From Octopus bimaculoides (taxonomy: Eukaryota): DNA of 64,000 nucleotides. How positions within the stretch are numbered: the stretch's first letter is position 1; each line of letters begins with the position of its first letter. The position numbers and the translations under genes were made by a program. The notes under the pieces were generated by a model. That model saw only the letters and a program-made list of their open reading frames with translations, did no database searches and had not been told where the DNA came from. Location: positions 41,148,661 through 41,212,660 of the forward strand of contig NC_068997.1 in the NCBI RefSeq assembly GCF_001194135.2, in the 5' to 3' direction. This document shows positions 14,040 through 28,193 of this stretch, in pieces.

Positions 14040-15395
14040 CTATTTCACCTTGAGATGTCAGGCATTGTTACAAATCATGCAGTAAGACAGATTCCATTAC
14101 ATTTCTTGTCATTACACAGCAGTAGTTCGCCTTCTACTAGGAGGGAGTATTGCCATTTGCACAAACACTCAACAACTGTAGAAGGCTGCTGTAATCCACT
14201 TTTGTTAAGGGTACTAGAGAAGGCAACAAGTTACTTTCTTTGTGATAATGTTGCAGCAGGAACATTATTTGTTGAGTTGGTCCTAACTGTAAATGGAGCA
14301 GAACTGTCACAATCATGGAACCAAGAAATGTCTGTATGAAAAAGCAGTAACAACTTTCTTGAAGAATAGGAAAAATGGTACAGTCAATTTAGCATCTTAG
14401 AAAATATGCCACCTCTTTTAGGTGTAAAGATTTTAAGAGTAAGCCACGTGTTAGGATCAGACATTTTGTCATGTTGAATGCAATAACCAAGAAAATTGGC
14501 ACTTGTTTTACCAAGAAGTAATATCCAAATCTTTTACACGTAACAGCAATGTGTTAATATTTTTGTTATGATCTTCTTCAGAGTTACTTCATACTATAAA
14601 GTCATTTAAATAGTAGCATGTAGGTTCAATGTTATTTTGTGCAAGTATTTGGTTCATCACTTGTTGAAAATATGCTACAACATTCATAAGGTTAAATGGA
14701 TTTTAGTATATTTAAACTATTCTCCTAAGGCTTTTAAAAATCATATAAGGACAGTCTAATAATCCTTAGTTGCTGTTTGTAACAGACATGTTTCATATCA
14801 ACATTGATAAAATCTTAATGTTGAGACATAATATGGATTAACTCATCAATAACAAGTACTGGAAAAGCATCAAAAAGAATGTTGATAGGGGTTCGGAAAT
14901 TACTAATTAGGTGTGGCTTGTGGAGGCTTTTCTTTTTAGTATAATGAATTCTCCATGGTGAGTTACTCAGTTCTCTAACACCTTTGAAAAATTAGTTTAT
15001 TCCTTGTGTGACAAATTTGCAGTCACTCACACAATATTTTTGAGCTCATGTAGCAAAAGGTTTGATGACCTGAGTGAAATTAGTGGAAAGTGTAATAGGG
15101 GGAATCTTCAGGCAAGCAAGACTTTGCAACACTAGACTGGTTTCAGTGTCACTAAATTCAAATGCCCCTGCAGATGGCTGAGGCTTGTAATACATTTAAG
15201 CAACTACAACTTTCACTATGGTATGTTAGTTTGAACATATTACTGGAATTTACAAAGTTGTATTGTTGTCATTGCAACATTGCCACTGAATAGTTTAATG
15301 ACTAAATTCTTCTGTTTAGCAATAAATTAGCTTGGATAAACTATCACTGCTTATACTGTCAACTAAAACTTGAATCAATTGATTGTTAACCACAT
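14040..15395 (-). mobile_element. Decayed Ty3/Gypsy pol relic (protease-RT-RNase H), many stops and frameshifts
   Basis: Manual minus-strand translation gives VLVDSISSDS (protease, about 15360), KPFAT*AQKY, SNSPWR, DAFPVLVIDELI...NVDMK, PFNLMNVVAYFQQVMNQIL, YLND (14601-14612), LGYCI and PFTVRTNS..AATLSQ..VAFSSTL..VECLCKWQYSLL (RNase H). The domain order is that of Gypsy. Confidence 0.85.
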
Positions 15396-15711
15396 CAAAG
15401 AGTGCACAAAGCAAAAAAAAAAAAAATGTTTTAATAAAGCCAAATGATTCGGAGATGAAGAAATTAATGTCTTATTACCGTGTTTATATGATATCCTGCA
15501 GGTTCATTACATGACTTACACACTAGTGGAAAATGGTTTTCCATCTTTGCATTTTCAACATGACATTTCTTACTTGGACATTTTTTTTTTTTTTGTGGTC
15601 ATGTGTATATCCTCACCACAATAAAGAAAAATTTTGGCAAGCAGCTGCTAAAATAGCTTCCTTCTCAGTTTTCTCTTCTGTAATTACAGTAGTAATATTT
15701 CTACAGGGATT

Positions 15712-15875
15712 AGGCGGCAAACTGGCAAAATGGTTAGCAGTATTTTGTCTGTCTTTACATTCTGAGTTCAAATACCGCTGAGATTGACTTTGCCTTTCAT
15801 CCTTTTGGGGTCGATAAATTAAATACCAGTTAAGTACTGAGGTCGATCTAATCGACTAGCCCCCACCTCCTGGCC
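15712..15875 (+). mobile_element. Family A SINE, 3' end replaced by a MITE terminus
   Basis: aggcggcaaactggc head and gcctttcatccttttggggtcgataaattaaataccagt core, then tggccagtttaaatgctaaagggtt. Confidence 0.8.
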
Positions 15876-18261
15876 AGTTTAAATGCTAAAGGGTTTATGA
15901 CTTGAGGGAATTGATTCGAGGATTTATTTGTCTGTTCTTTAGGGATTATGAGCTAATGTTTAGCAAGAACCTTGTTCACTAGTTTTAATGTCAATATCCT
16001 TTGACCAATTTAGGACACCCTCCTAATTTATCAGACATGCATGGAGTTTATACAGTTGTGTAGTCTGGCTGGATCAGTAATACTGACAAGAAAATATTTA
16101 AAACAATGTAATTAGTGTTTGAATTCTGAAATGGAAATTTGTATTGGTTCTTTTGGGGCCATAAAACTCTTTCTATGTTTGATTCATTGAATAAGCTGCT
16201 GTAAAAAATAACAGTAAGGGTTCTATATACCAAAGACTTTATTCAAGAAATAATGCTGCAGTTTGATAGCCAACTTAAGTAAGGGAGAGTACTCAACCAT
16301 CACAATACATCTTAAAATCACTGCAGTGTGTATTATACATATTTGTGCATATGTGTGTGTTTGTGTAGGCCCGATCATGTTTGTCTTTATGGGATTTATT
16401 TTTTCATTTGCAAAGGGATTTGTCTGAATGTTGGAAAAATAAAGTAGTCATTTCATTAATTTGCCTTACCATGCCACCATCTCTACTCACTATTTCTGCG
16501 ATATTTCAAGTAATATTACTGTACATTAACTCTGAATTCATTGTAGATAATCTCACACACCCACACCCACTCACATACATTTACACATATGTAGTGGTAA
16601 AGCCTGAGACCTGGTGTACCATAAGTGCTTTTCCCACTGAAAGTATTTGCATTTTCCATGGTTCCATGAAGATCCATGTGGCCCTGTAACATGTATATAT
16701 GAGTGAGAGTGTTTATAGTCAAATCAATATATAAGAAGCCAAACCAGACAGGAAGTTAACGGATTGTGCTACCACTGGCCAAACCTGTTCAGTGTAACCT
16801 GCTGTAAATAATTGGCATAGGGCTGATGCTGTTGAATACTCTAAGAACTGGCAACTCAGTCGAATTGATGGAAGTTGAGCTGAAAACTTCTTGAGCCAGA
16901 ATTATCGGACTTGTCAGAGTTACTTGGCACAATTTGTCTTACTTTTGTTGCTCAGACATTCAAAACACATTCTGTCTATACAAACAAATATTTCTATGTA
17001 TTTTTGTTTGTTTTGTTTTGATTATCGCTACTGTCTTTGCCTATTTGAATCTTTTGTTATAGATTTTTCCTATTCACTTGTTGTGTTTACCATTCAATCT
17101 TTAGACCCCATCTTTTCTTATTATTGTATATGTCTCTTTTTTTTTTTTTTTCCCCTGTGCTTCTTTATTTTTGTCATGTGTACAAATATATACACCACCA
17201 GCTTGTGTTGCTAACACTAGCAAACTGAACATGTGTTAATACTGTGATGGTATTTTGGTTAGTGACCGATGAGGAGTTGAGATTGTCACCATCAGTGTGT
17301 GTGTGTGTGCTCTGTTTTTACATAAATTCCATTTTTGTCCCCCTGTGCTACATTTTCATTATATATATATATTGGATCAGACAGTAAAATATGCTGGGAT
17401 AAGAACTGAAATGTTGTGCAAAGAACAGGGTTAAAGGCATTCACCTCAGTTAAGGATATGCTAGTGAAGATGTTGGCATGTCAAGCTGTCCATGAAGATA
17501 TTTCATTTAAATGGAAGATGTTTACATCTGTTTGTGATGTATAGTGTTCATTACAATCTTTAGATATATTCAGTATTACAGTATAGCAGACATATTTCAT
17601 ACTCAACGGCACTTGCAACTATCATTTTAACAATTAATATTGTTGCACTGGCAACAGATGCAAGATTACCTTCCCTGACTTTTATTTCATTATTTTCTGT
17701 TTTAATTTCTAATTATTTTCAGATTTAATAATTATTAAAAAAAAAAAAAAAATTAATAGTAATAAGAATACACCTCAACTGATCACCATTTTATCTCACT
17801 GTGACTATGCCATATTTTCTCATTGTGACACTTGACTATTATTACTGCAAGCCTGTGTGAATGATTGCTTAGATGTTTGAATACCTTCTGGCTTTCTATC
17901 GTTTATTTTTCACTTTCATAAAGTCTCCTTTCCACTTATCTATCGTTTAGTTTCCATCTTTTGATTATTGCCTTCATTTTTCTTTGGTTTTTTTTTTTTT
18001 CCTCTTGCCTAAAATCTTCCAATCAATGTTGATTTCTGCGGTTATTTTCTTTCCATTGTAAATATAAATTTGTAATTCTATCCTTATTCAAGATATTTTA
18101 CTTTAAGTTTCTTTTATCTCAAGCCATTAATATGTGATTGGGTGCCAGCCAGCAGTAGTGGACGGACATATTTTTGACTGGATTCTCCAAAACCCATTAC
18201 AGTTATAATGTGTAAACTTGAATTCTAAATCCGTTCTTGGGTTTTATTTTTGTCTTTGCAG

Positions 18262-18312
18262 TAATTCCAAACAGCTGTGGGCAGTCGAAAGTCCGTCCAT
18301 CAACTGCAACAG
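18262..18312 (+). CDS. Candidate 51-nt symmetric (phase 2/2) cassette exon of the NAB gene
   Basis: Strong acceptor gttttatttttgtctttgcAG and weaker AG|GTTACA donor. Open in the required phase: (S)NSKQLWAVESPSINCN(R). No transcript evidence. Confidence 0.4.
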
Positions 18313-18595
18313 GTTACACTCATTATATTTTTAAATCTTCACTATTCAACGCATGAAATTCTCTCTTTTAATGCAATGGCATATGGCTAGTTTTGTGCTA
18401 AGTGTTTTGTATTTGTTCATTTTTTTCCAAATATAAACGGTGTTTTGTGTTAAATTGAAGCCTACAATTTAACTTTGAAATAAATGCAAGAATACCTCTC
18501 CATTTGGAAGATCTAAATCTTCTCAACATATATATATCTACATACACACACACACAAATAGACACACACATACAGACATATACACGTACATATTC

Positions 18596-18637
<42 letters not shown>

Positions 18638-20216
18638 TATCATAGAATGAAATCAGGTTGGAGCTTGTCTGAGGATTAAACATAGAACACATTTTAAACC
18701 ATTTTACAGACACAAATGACACATAATAGAGAATCTGTAGTTATGATTCTCTTTCATATCATTTCATGCATTGTTTCAAATATTATACATACACTAAACG
18801 CAATGATAACGTTTGAGTATATGTCCATTTTGGGAAAACAGGCCATTAGTAATATCCCAATAATAGTCCAGTGATCGCTCCATGATGACCCTCTAATAAT
18901 CAAGTAATGACCCTATAATAGAGCTGTAATAGTCCACTACTTTTCCAGTACATTGATTTTAAACCCAAGTGCCTTGAACCAATGAGGAAACTTCTATGCA
19001 GTTGCTTGACTTGATAGAAATAGTTACCAAAATCTCTCTCTAATCACACTCTACTGTCTTAAAAGAAAGGGAGAACATATTGGATCACGTTACGGATTTA
19101 TACTTCATTAATGTCTCAATAAATTCTAGAAATCCATTTTCCAAAATCAAAATGAGAGAATTGAGTTTTCCTTCTCATTAGTTCAAGTTATATTGATCTT
19201 AATTAGCATTAATCTATTAGTTTAGTTATGGTGAATATCTAAATTAAGTCTGTCGTCAGTGTTGTCACTTGTTGTGATTGTTGTAGCTGTTGTAGCTGTT
19301 GTTCTGTTGTTGTTCTACAATAGTCTTCATTGAGAAATCTCTTACATGTGGTGTACTTCCTCATTAAGCTTTTAACCTTCAAGTTGTCTGTATTAAATAT
19401 GTTAGCCAGTTAATGCTCCAGTTAACAGTTTCAGATTGTCGTCACTGATCAATGAAATGATTGCCTGGTTCAAAGCTAAGAAACTTTGTCACTACTTAGT
19501 AATCTCTTTGTTATCACTGTCCATCTTTGTAACTGTTAAAACTGATAATGATGATTCTAAATTTATTTGATAATGCCCTGAATCGTTTATTTGTCATTTA
19601 AGAGTAAAACTATCATACTATTAGTTTTTAGTCACTTCACATTTCAATCACCAAATCCTCTTCTCTCTTTCTCCAAAGCCACCCATCCATCCATTCATTC
19701 ATCTGTCTATCTATCTATCTGTTACTGTCTCTTCAAATTTTATTCCCCTACTCTACCTACAGGTAAGTTGCAGCAATGTTTTAATGTCCGTCTTAGGGTA
19801 CATTCCAATAGTGCGATATTTTCTGATAGTTCTCTACACAAGATTTGGATTCTCTACCCACTTAGCTATTAATATTTTCCAGATTCTCATTATCAATTTC
19901 AATAAACTTCTCAAAATTTCTCGTCCAGTTAATGGCTGACAAAAGGCTAAACGCTTTAATTAGAATTAACAAATTTAATCACAGGGTTGTTGTGATCTTT
20001 ATGTAACACTCAGATGATTTCAGTTTCTTCCTTCATTTGTCTCTTATTGGCAAGAGGTCAGTGCTATGTGTCTGTGATTTCATCCCCCGTTTCCTTGATG
20101 TGGGGAAAAAATGTAAAGCACTCATTCTTGAATATATATCTTGTTCTCTTCGTTTCTTTGAATATTAGCCTTTGTCTGAGATTCATTTCTGTTCATTAAT
20201 TCTGTTTGGTGTACGA

Positions 20217-20368
<152 letters not shown>

Positions 20369-23300
20369 AAGCCAACATACTACTTTCATCTTGTCTGATT
20401 GATTAACTTCTTCACATCAATGACATATGAAATCCACCCTTTCGCTCTCTTCAGCAACCTAACTTGTGTCTCACTAATTTCCATCTAATTCTAACTCTAC
20501 CTTACACTACATTACCAAAAACACAGATTACACACAACAATACTTCTTAACATATTGATATTCCTCACTAAATGTAAAGAATTAAAAATCATCCTTGACA
20601 TATTTGTCTTGCTTGATTATTTTATATTCCCCAAGTATTTCAAAGATGAGACTTTTTCATCTAGAGACTTTATTTTTGTTACACATTTCAAATTAGATTA
20701 ACTTTTTTCATGTCTAACTCATTGCAAATCATTGATTATTTCTAAAATAATCCTTTACATATATGAAAACTTGCCTTTGGAGATATTGATTATCATGACA
20801 AAAGAATTGAGTAAACTTTTTAATAGCTTTCTTCGAGGATATTATTAATTTATCTGAAAATAAATTTGTAGAACAATGAAAAAAAAAATATGATTTAATG
20901 TGTGCCTGTTTATATATACATATGCATGTGTGTGTGCGTGTATACATATGTGTGTGTGCATGTATGTGTGTGTAGTATGTATGCATACATATATGAAAAA
21001 TGTATCTAATGATACTTTTATGGGTGCATAGATATTTTTAGCTACACATTTTTGATATTTAAATATTGTTTACTTAAAAGAATTGATTCTTTTAATCTTA
21101 TTTAGAACCTTTATATTTATATCTCTGGTAGCATGGAGAGACAAAATAAATTTCACACTTTCACTGCAGATATTGGGACTTAATATTTATTTTCAAACTG
21201 AGAATTATGTCAATTCTTTTAGTTGATGTGTAGCAAATGCATTTAGAATTATACTAGAATCATATTGCTCAAAGGAATGGATTGCTTCTCGTCTGAGATA
21301 CCTAAGGAACAGTGGGTTATATACATTGCAAGTTAGTTAATTTGTGAAATGAATTCTGAAATAGAATTGTAGAACGAACAGCTCTTATGCTATTTAATAG
21401 TGGAGAGAGTTTGTGAGGAAGTAAATGCATGATATAAATAAGCACAGTGCTTAAAGTGGGTGCCAGAATGAAGCTTACTGTTTTCAGTTTTAATTTATTC
21501 AAAAAATTAATATCCTGAAGCCATTTATCTTAGGATGAACATAATTGTTCTAGTTTTAAGACAGTTGATATCAAATATTAAAAAATAGGCTGAAGATAAG
21601 CATTTTTTTACAATGAGAAATTAAACTGACATTTTAAAACATCTCTCTTTTATCATAGCTTTCAGATAGAGAAATTGCAGCGAATTTTATGAATAAGAAA
21701 ATTTTTATTGTATAAAAAAAAACAATGAAGGGAAAGGTTTGACATAACTCAGTCTGTGCATCATGCTTAGAAATATTTAACAAGCTTGGGTCATTTTGCA
21801 ATATGACTACAGGAGTTATCAGTTGAATAATAAAAAAAAAAATTTTTATGGTGGAAATCATCTTAAAAAAAAAAGAATGTCAGATTTCTTTTTCCCCGAG
21901 TATTAATTGGCTGCTGCCAGTCTGTGTTGATGATTAAGAAAAGATTGATTACAGTTAATCATTTAGCTGCAGATATATTTGAGAAAATTCTTGTAGGGAT
22001 TCATTTCACTCAAAAGGTTTCAGTTTGTCTTACAGTCATTTACTTAGAAATGGATTTTTTTCTTCAAAAATTTATATAAAAAAAGTCGTAGATATAATAA
22101 AAAATCTTTAATGTTAACTCTGCAGGTTTTTTTGTAACCTTACTATTAAACATTTCTCTATTATTTTCTTGTTCTTTTTCACTAACCCTTTATTTATTGA
22201 TACGCTTACTTGCAATATTAACTTACTTTCGTTAATATTATTGAGAAGTTTTGTGTTCCATTTTTATATTTTTCTTCAATTTGGCTTTTAATTCTGTCAT
22301 GAAGCAAAGACAGAGAATGGAAACTATCATAGAAACAGATTGAGAAATATTAATATATGTAGTAGAATGGCAGGGATTAAACTGAAGTATTTTTATGCAG
22401 TAGTAATAACGATGTATATAATCCATGTTACTCAGTGTTTGTAACACTTGAGTGTTATTGTCATGTAACAATGACAAAATGGATGTTTCCCATTCACTCC
22501 ACTAGTAGTAGCTAACATACTTCACAGGTTACACAGGTTTGCTTCATGTCAAATGTGAGTGAAAGGAGAAAGTTCCATTCTGTTTCTTGAAAATGTGTAC
22601 TTTATCCACTTTTCTAGAAGATATATACATTATATATCTTCTACTGAACTGTTTATCTTGAAAATATAAGGAAGCAAAGAGGATTGGCACTAGATATTTT
22701 TACAAAGGGACTCTTGTGTTCTGTATCATGCTGGGCCTTCTGCTATAATTACCAACAAAAAAAAAAAAAAACATGAATATGGTAAATGCTTATAAAATGA
22801 CCTTCCTTTCTGTCTAGCTGTATCTCCATTTTCTCTTATATTATTATAAGTTGTAGTTTCTTCACATAATCATTTGTGTGATCAACAGTTAAGTCAGCTA
22901 GCTAGATTTTAGTTGCTAATGGAACATCTGTCTTTATCATACATCCATCTTTTTAAATGTTGCTTGTCTTTATGCAACTTTACTTAGGATCTGGTCTTGA
23001 TAACCGTTATCTTTTATCTTTCATACTTTTCTCCAGTTGGTATTCTTCTCAACAATCTGCTGCTATAAATAGGTAACAACTGCAGGTAACTGTTGTTCTT
23101 GCAGGAACACCCCCTATAGTTGTGTTCATTACTATAACGAATGACAAGTGAATCAGGTATCTTCAAAGTTTTTCCATTAAATGTGATGTCATTTGGAACA
23201 TTAGCTTCTACAATGTTCTATGTTCATTCTTGTATATATATAACTAAATTAACTATATCAGTAGCCTTCTGTGATCACAAAGTTTCAGTTGTCTTAAAAG

Positions 23301-23938
23301 TTTCTCTGTAAACTAATCACTGTAACTATCTTCTACTGCATTCATTATCCATTGCCTTCAATAACATTTGAACCTAACATAGCTCCATTGCATTAACTAG
23401 CATTGAGAAACCTGTTATCACATTAGGTTCGTAAATAAATTATCATTTTGATGGTGAAGTAAAGTGGTCTTGCCTACAGGCTTCACTGTCTATTATAAAG
23501 TCAACTGTTTCATCTTCTCTTTTACCTCCATCTTAATGATATCTTATCGAACTAGTATATCTTGTTACATTTGTTTGACTTTGCTGAAGTTGCTTATGTC
23601 ATGACTTAACAGTCAGGATTTAGAAATTTGCTTTTTCTGGCATATTCCAGGGCATTTTAAGAGGGAGGGTTTCCTGAGCAATCTTCCCAGCCAACTGATT
23701 GCCCGATCTCATTGGATCAACATGTTTTCATTGCGGCCTCTTTGACTACTAGTGGTGGGGCCCATGCTGGTCTTTGGTATTGTTCTAACCAACATCACGG
23801 CCAGCAAGATACTGTGTTTTAACAGCTTGTACACCAATATGAAATACAGCACCAGCCATGGACTGATTGAAAAACTGCAAATTACACAGATTATAAGCAT
23901 TTTGATTTAAAATTATGGCATTCCTATACTTTTCATAA

Positions 23939-24422
23939 CACTGTGTAACAATTTTTTAATTTTAATTTCTTTGTCTTTGGTCAGTAAGTGTTATTTCCTA
24001 TTTGCTTCTACCTAGAAATCAAAGGAAGTGACTGCTATTCCCTTCAAACTTTGCTTTTGTGACCTGGACATCAATGTTTTGAAATTGACTTATATACCAT
24101 TACATTTAAAACAGATTCAGCACTGAGTTGCTGACGCAGAAATATTGCTATAGCAAATATTCTGCAGATTTGCTTGTCAGTTGTTTGACTTTAACCACTT
24201 TAGCATTTCCCTAAGTGGCTCACAATATGTGCATCTCTGATCATGAGCAGGTGTAGTGGGGGAGCATCGTAGGCATGTGTTGAGAAGGATTCTTTGGGGT
24301 TTGAATAAATGTAAGAAAAGCAAAGTTTGAAGGAAATATTAACCGTTTTTTCATACTTTCTAGGGGTAAACAAATAGGAAATAACAGTTGCTACCCAAGG
24401 ACAAAAATCGTGTTACACAGTA
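23939..24422. mobile_element. MITE with CACTGTGTAACA terminal inverted repeats and TAA flanks (copy 1)
   Basis: taa|cactgtgtaaca ... tgttacacagta|taa. Homologous over its full length to 40862-41361. Confidence 0.88.
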
Positions 24423-24479
24423 TAATCATACTTTTTATTTGTGAGGGAAGCATTAAAAAGAATTGAGTTAACATAAATC

Positions 24480-25150
24480 TATGAACAGTAATATTTAATG
24501 TCTCTATGTAAACATTTTTCATTCTCTTCGTAAACTTTTATACAGTGAAAAAACATTTTACTCTTGTCAAGTTCCCAACCCAAGTTTTGTATTGAGTATG
24601 GAATCTCATTTGGGTTATTGTATACCAATAATACTGTAATAAATGTAAATAAAGATGTTTGTTTTATAAATCTGACTTTATCATATTTTATTGAGACTGT
24701 TTTAAGAATTTCTTTATCTGTTTCTTCTTTCAAGTTATAACTCTTCTTCATTCTTACTGCTTCATTTTTCTGGCTTCCCAAATTTCAATTTTAGAAGCAT
24801 TTACATCAGTTTTTAACCCTTATATCTTATATTCTTACTTATAAACATGCTTTCCATTCAAGAAAATATATACTCGTTCATCTAATTTGTCAATTCTCAT
24901 TAAAAACTTCTCCCTTTTGTATAACTAGACTTTGGTGCAAACTTCTCTGTCACAGAAATTAAATTAAATTAAAGCAAAAGTTATCCTTCAAAGTCTTATA
25001 CTCCAACTATAGTAAACAACATTACACCATTTTAGTTAGAAACATCAACATTTTACCGATATGGAGCCTGATTTTTGTTATGGGACTCATATTAAAAAAT
25101 GTTTCTTCTTATAACTGAGTCTATTGATAGCAGATAATGTAACACCAATT
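24480..25150 (-). mobile_element. Possible decayed gag-like ORF1 of an I-group LINE
   Basis: NMSPITK and TVLLVYNNPNEIPYSIQNLG...FFHCIK loosely resemble I/Nimb ORF1 motifs. Weak evidence. Confidence 0.28.
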
Positions 25151-25416
25151 GTCATAATTTAGATACCATGTCTACTGCTAGAACAAGAAACTGCTGAGAA
25201 CTGACTCTTTTTTTTGTTTTAGTGTTAGACATAAAAGAATCAAGTGGAAACCTCTTCCAGACGTTTCATTGTGTCTTTGGATACAGCACTTAATTCTTCT
25301 TCATTTCTCTTCACTGGGTTGTTTGGGTTAACTAACAGATCTTTTTCTGGTAATTTTACAAGACATATTTCTTATCTGTATTTAAAAGTATAAGGAAGCA
25401 ATTTTTTCCATTCAGG

Positions 25417-25554
25417 TTGAGTGGTAGGAAGTTTGCTTCCCAACCACATGCTTCCAGGTTCAGTCCCACTGCATAGCATCGTGGGCAAGTGTCTTCTACT
25501 ATAGTCTCAGGATGACCAAAACCTGGATTTGGTAGAAAAACTCAAAGAAGCCTG

Positions 25555-25593
<39 letters not shown>

Positions 25594-25790
25594 TCACCCA
25601 CCACCACTTGACAACTGGTGTTAGTTTGTTTACATTCCATAACTTAGTGGTTCAGCAGAAGAGACTGATAGAATAAGTACCAGGCTTAAAAAAAGATACA
25701 CACTGGGGTCAAGTCATTTGACTAAAACTTTTCAAAGCAGTGCTCCAGCATGACCACAGTCTAATGACTGAAACAAATAAAAAACAAAAG
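25417..25790 (+). mobile_element. tRNA-derived SINE, family C (CORE-like tgggcaagtgtctt, internal (TG)n)
   Basis: ggttcagtcccactg B-box-like motif, internal microsatellite and tgactgaaacaa 3' part. Other copies: 6435-6590 (-), 8405-8545 (-), 29575-29705 (-), 35695-36040 (-), 51392-51741 (+), 55385-55545 (-). Confidence 0.85.
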
Positions 25791-27145
25791 ATTTGGAATT
25801 TTATGTTCTATTTTCTTGACTACAATATATAAGCATAAATAGGGTTCTACAGTTTCAATTTATTCATCATTACTATGAAGTAAATGTGTGTAAAATAAAT
25901 TGAATGGAGCAATTAAGCTGACACTTACTTTGTCATTCATTTACCATAAAACCAGAGCTAATTACTTGTTATTATTAGCCCTTTGTGGGGTTTCTTGAAG
26001 ATATTTTTGTTATGGTACCTCTTTAATGTAGAAATGATTGGCTAAATGGATATAATATTGGATCACCAGTTAATTGATTTTGAATTCAAGCTTAAAGGTA
26101 GTTTGTTAAGTATTTTTTTCTGGGCTGTATACCTCTTATCACCTAACTGCTAAGAATAAGTAACAAACACGTAGAAATATTGCTCAGGGGAGATATTGTT
26201 CAAGAGATTTGTATCCTATCCTAGAAGAGATTTACTCTCATCTATTTAATACAAGTTCTGAAACTGTGAGCTTTTGGTTTGTTTGTTGTTATTTTTGCTC
26301 TGTTTTGTCTTGTTTTTGTGTTTATTTTTTACTTGTAGTAATTTTTTCAAGCATATAAATATATTTTAGTGCACTCTCATCATAAAGGTCAAAATATCTT
26401 TTTCTAAAAGGTATTTATATATTTTCGCCTAAATAATTAAAACTTAAGTCTATATACATAGAAAATTATTAATTTCATTATTACTTCTTTATCAAATAAA
26501 TGAAACAAAGTTATCAAGACTATGTTTAGAATTCTCATTTGTATTAATCACATTTTATTCTTATACTATAGTTTTATTAATTTTTATGGTGCACTTAGCT
26601 ACATCTCCCAATACACTGTGGTGCTGTGGAGTACCCCTTGGAATTCAATGAGACTGAAACTAAACATTGCTCCTTAGAAGTCCTCTGTGCTCTAGCAATC
26701 ATTACTTTGACTACCTCTTTGCCATCTCTCTTTGTCCTCCTTTTAAAAGGTTTTATTAAATGTCAGGTTGAATCTTGTTTTGGAAACAATCTTATTACAC
26801 CAGCAGTGAACAACATAGAACAAATTGAATGTCCATCTCATAAGTATGAACAAAATGTGTTTTCTCTTAATAACTCTAATATCACTTTGAATTCACTCAA
26901 GACAATTGTTTGTTGATGATGTTGTTGTGTCTTTTTGATAAAATATAAGCAGAAAGGCTGCATATTTTAAGAGATAGAATACTTTCTGTATTGTTCCTGC
27001 TTTCCATAAAAGTGTAAAATGAACCAAAGTTGTTTTCAACTTGACAAATCAGTATATTCCACATTTTCTGGAAATAATTATAAATCATTATTATTTTCAT
27101 TTATCTGTTACTTATTACTTATTATTAATTTATTTATTCTTTCAA

Positions 27146-27360
27146 TTAACCCTTTTGTTACCATGTATCTGTTGGCATATAATGCTTTTGTTTTAAGATA
27201 ATGAAAAATTTAGTAAAATAACTTTCTCATTATGAAGCTAGTATCTGGGGAAAATTAATTTATAATTGTGATGAATGATTATGATTTAGATCACTTTAAA
27301 ACTAATTTTGTGTCAGATCCAGGGGCACTCTCTTAGACAGGTTAATATCAAAAGGGTTAA
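27146..27360. mobile_element. piggyBac-type MITE, family B2
   Basis: TTAA|CCCTTTTGTTACC ... ATATCAAAAGGG|TTAA. A second copy with the same interior lies at about 28980-29212. Confidence 0.8.
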
Positions 27361-27708
27361 ATATATCTGAATATCTGTTATAATAGTGTCAAATGTCAGA
27401 TGTAAATGTTATACAGGGGAAAGGACATCAAGTAGTTTACCATCACCCTAAGACAGATACTGTTTTAGACCTGTTTCCTTTGATAATTGAGTTAGTTAGC
27501 ACCAGACAATAATAATTACACTATGATTAATAGTACCTATATCTAATTTGAGCCTATCTCTTTACAGAAAGGTTGCAGAATTAGACATGTACACATTATT
27601 GCAATGTTGATATCCAATTTATAATGGTTATAATCGGTTAGAAATTTGTTTTTACTTGTGTTTGGTATTTCAGTTTATGATTACACTGTGCAATAAATAA
27701 TCTCACTG

Positions 27709-27798
<90 letters not shown>

Positions 27799-28193
27799 CA
27801 TTCAAGCTTTTTACTTTTCTGTATGTTTGTTTCTCATTAAACAATAACAAGCCTTTCTACTATAGGCACAAGGCCTGAAGACTATAAACATGATTTATTC
27901 CATAGTGGTGGCCACTAGCTGTCTCCTGTCTCTGCCTTTTTTACTGCTGCTGTAACAGTATCTCTTCCCCACAAATGGGTGCTGTTGTCCTACCTTTACT
28001 CAAGCACTCTCCTTATTCATCTCTCCTCTTCCCATCACTCATGTTGTGTCCACTCTACTCTACCAGTAACCACTCTGCCCAATCCCTCTCTTCTAGAATG
28101 TCACTCTTCTACAATCTCCCCCCTCCAGCCCCCAATTCTATCATTCATGCAGTTATCAACTTGCAGCAATTTAAGCAGAATGCTGACAGCATA

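Noticed and set aside
16720-16760. TATA-like and ETS-like motifs suggesting a nested promoter
   Set aside because: Short motifs are frequent by chance in AT-rich DNA, and no downstream gene is evident.
17237-17300. TAATACTGT (miR-8/miR-200-like 5' end) near a small gtgac/gtcac stem
   Set aside because: Similarity stops after 9 nt and no regular pre-miRNA hairpin can be drawn.
22920-23600. Possible AP-endonuclease relic on the minus strand (CDHRRLL resembling SDHR)
   Set aside because: Only one short motif. Too degenerate to support without a profile search.
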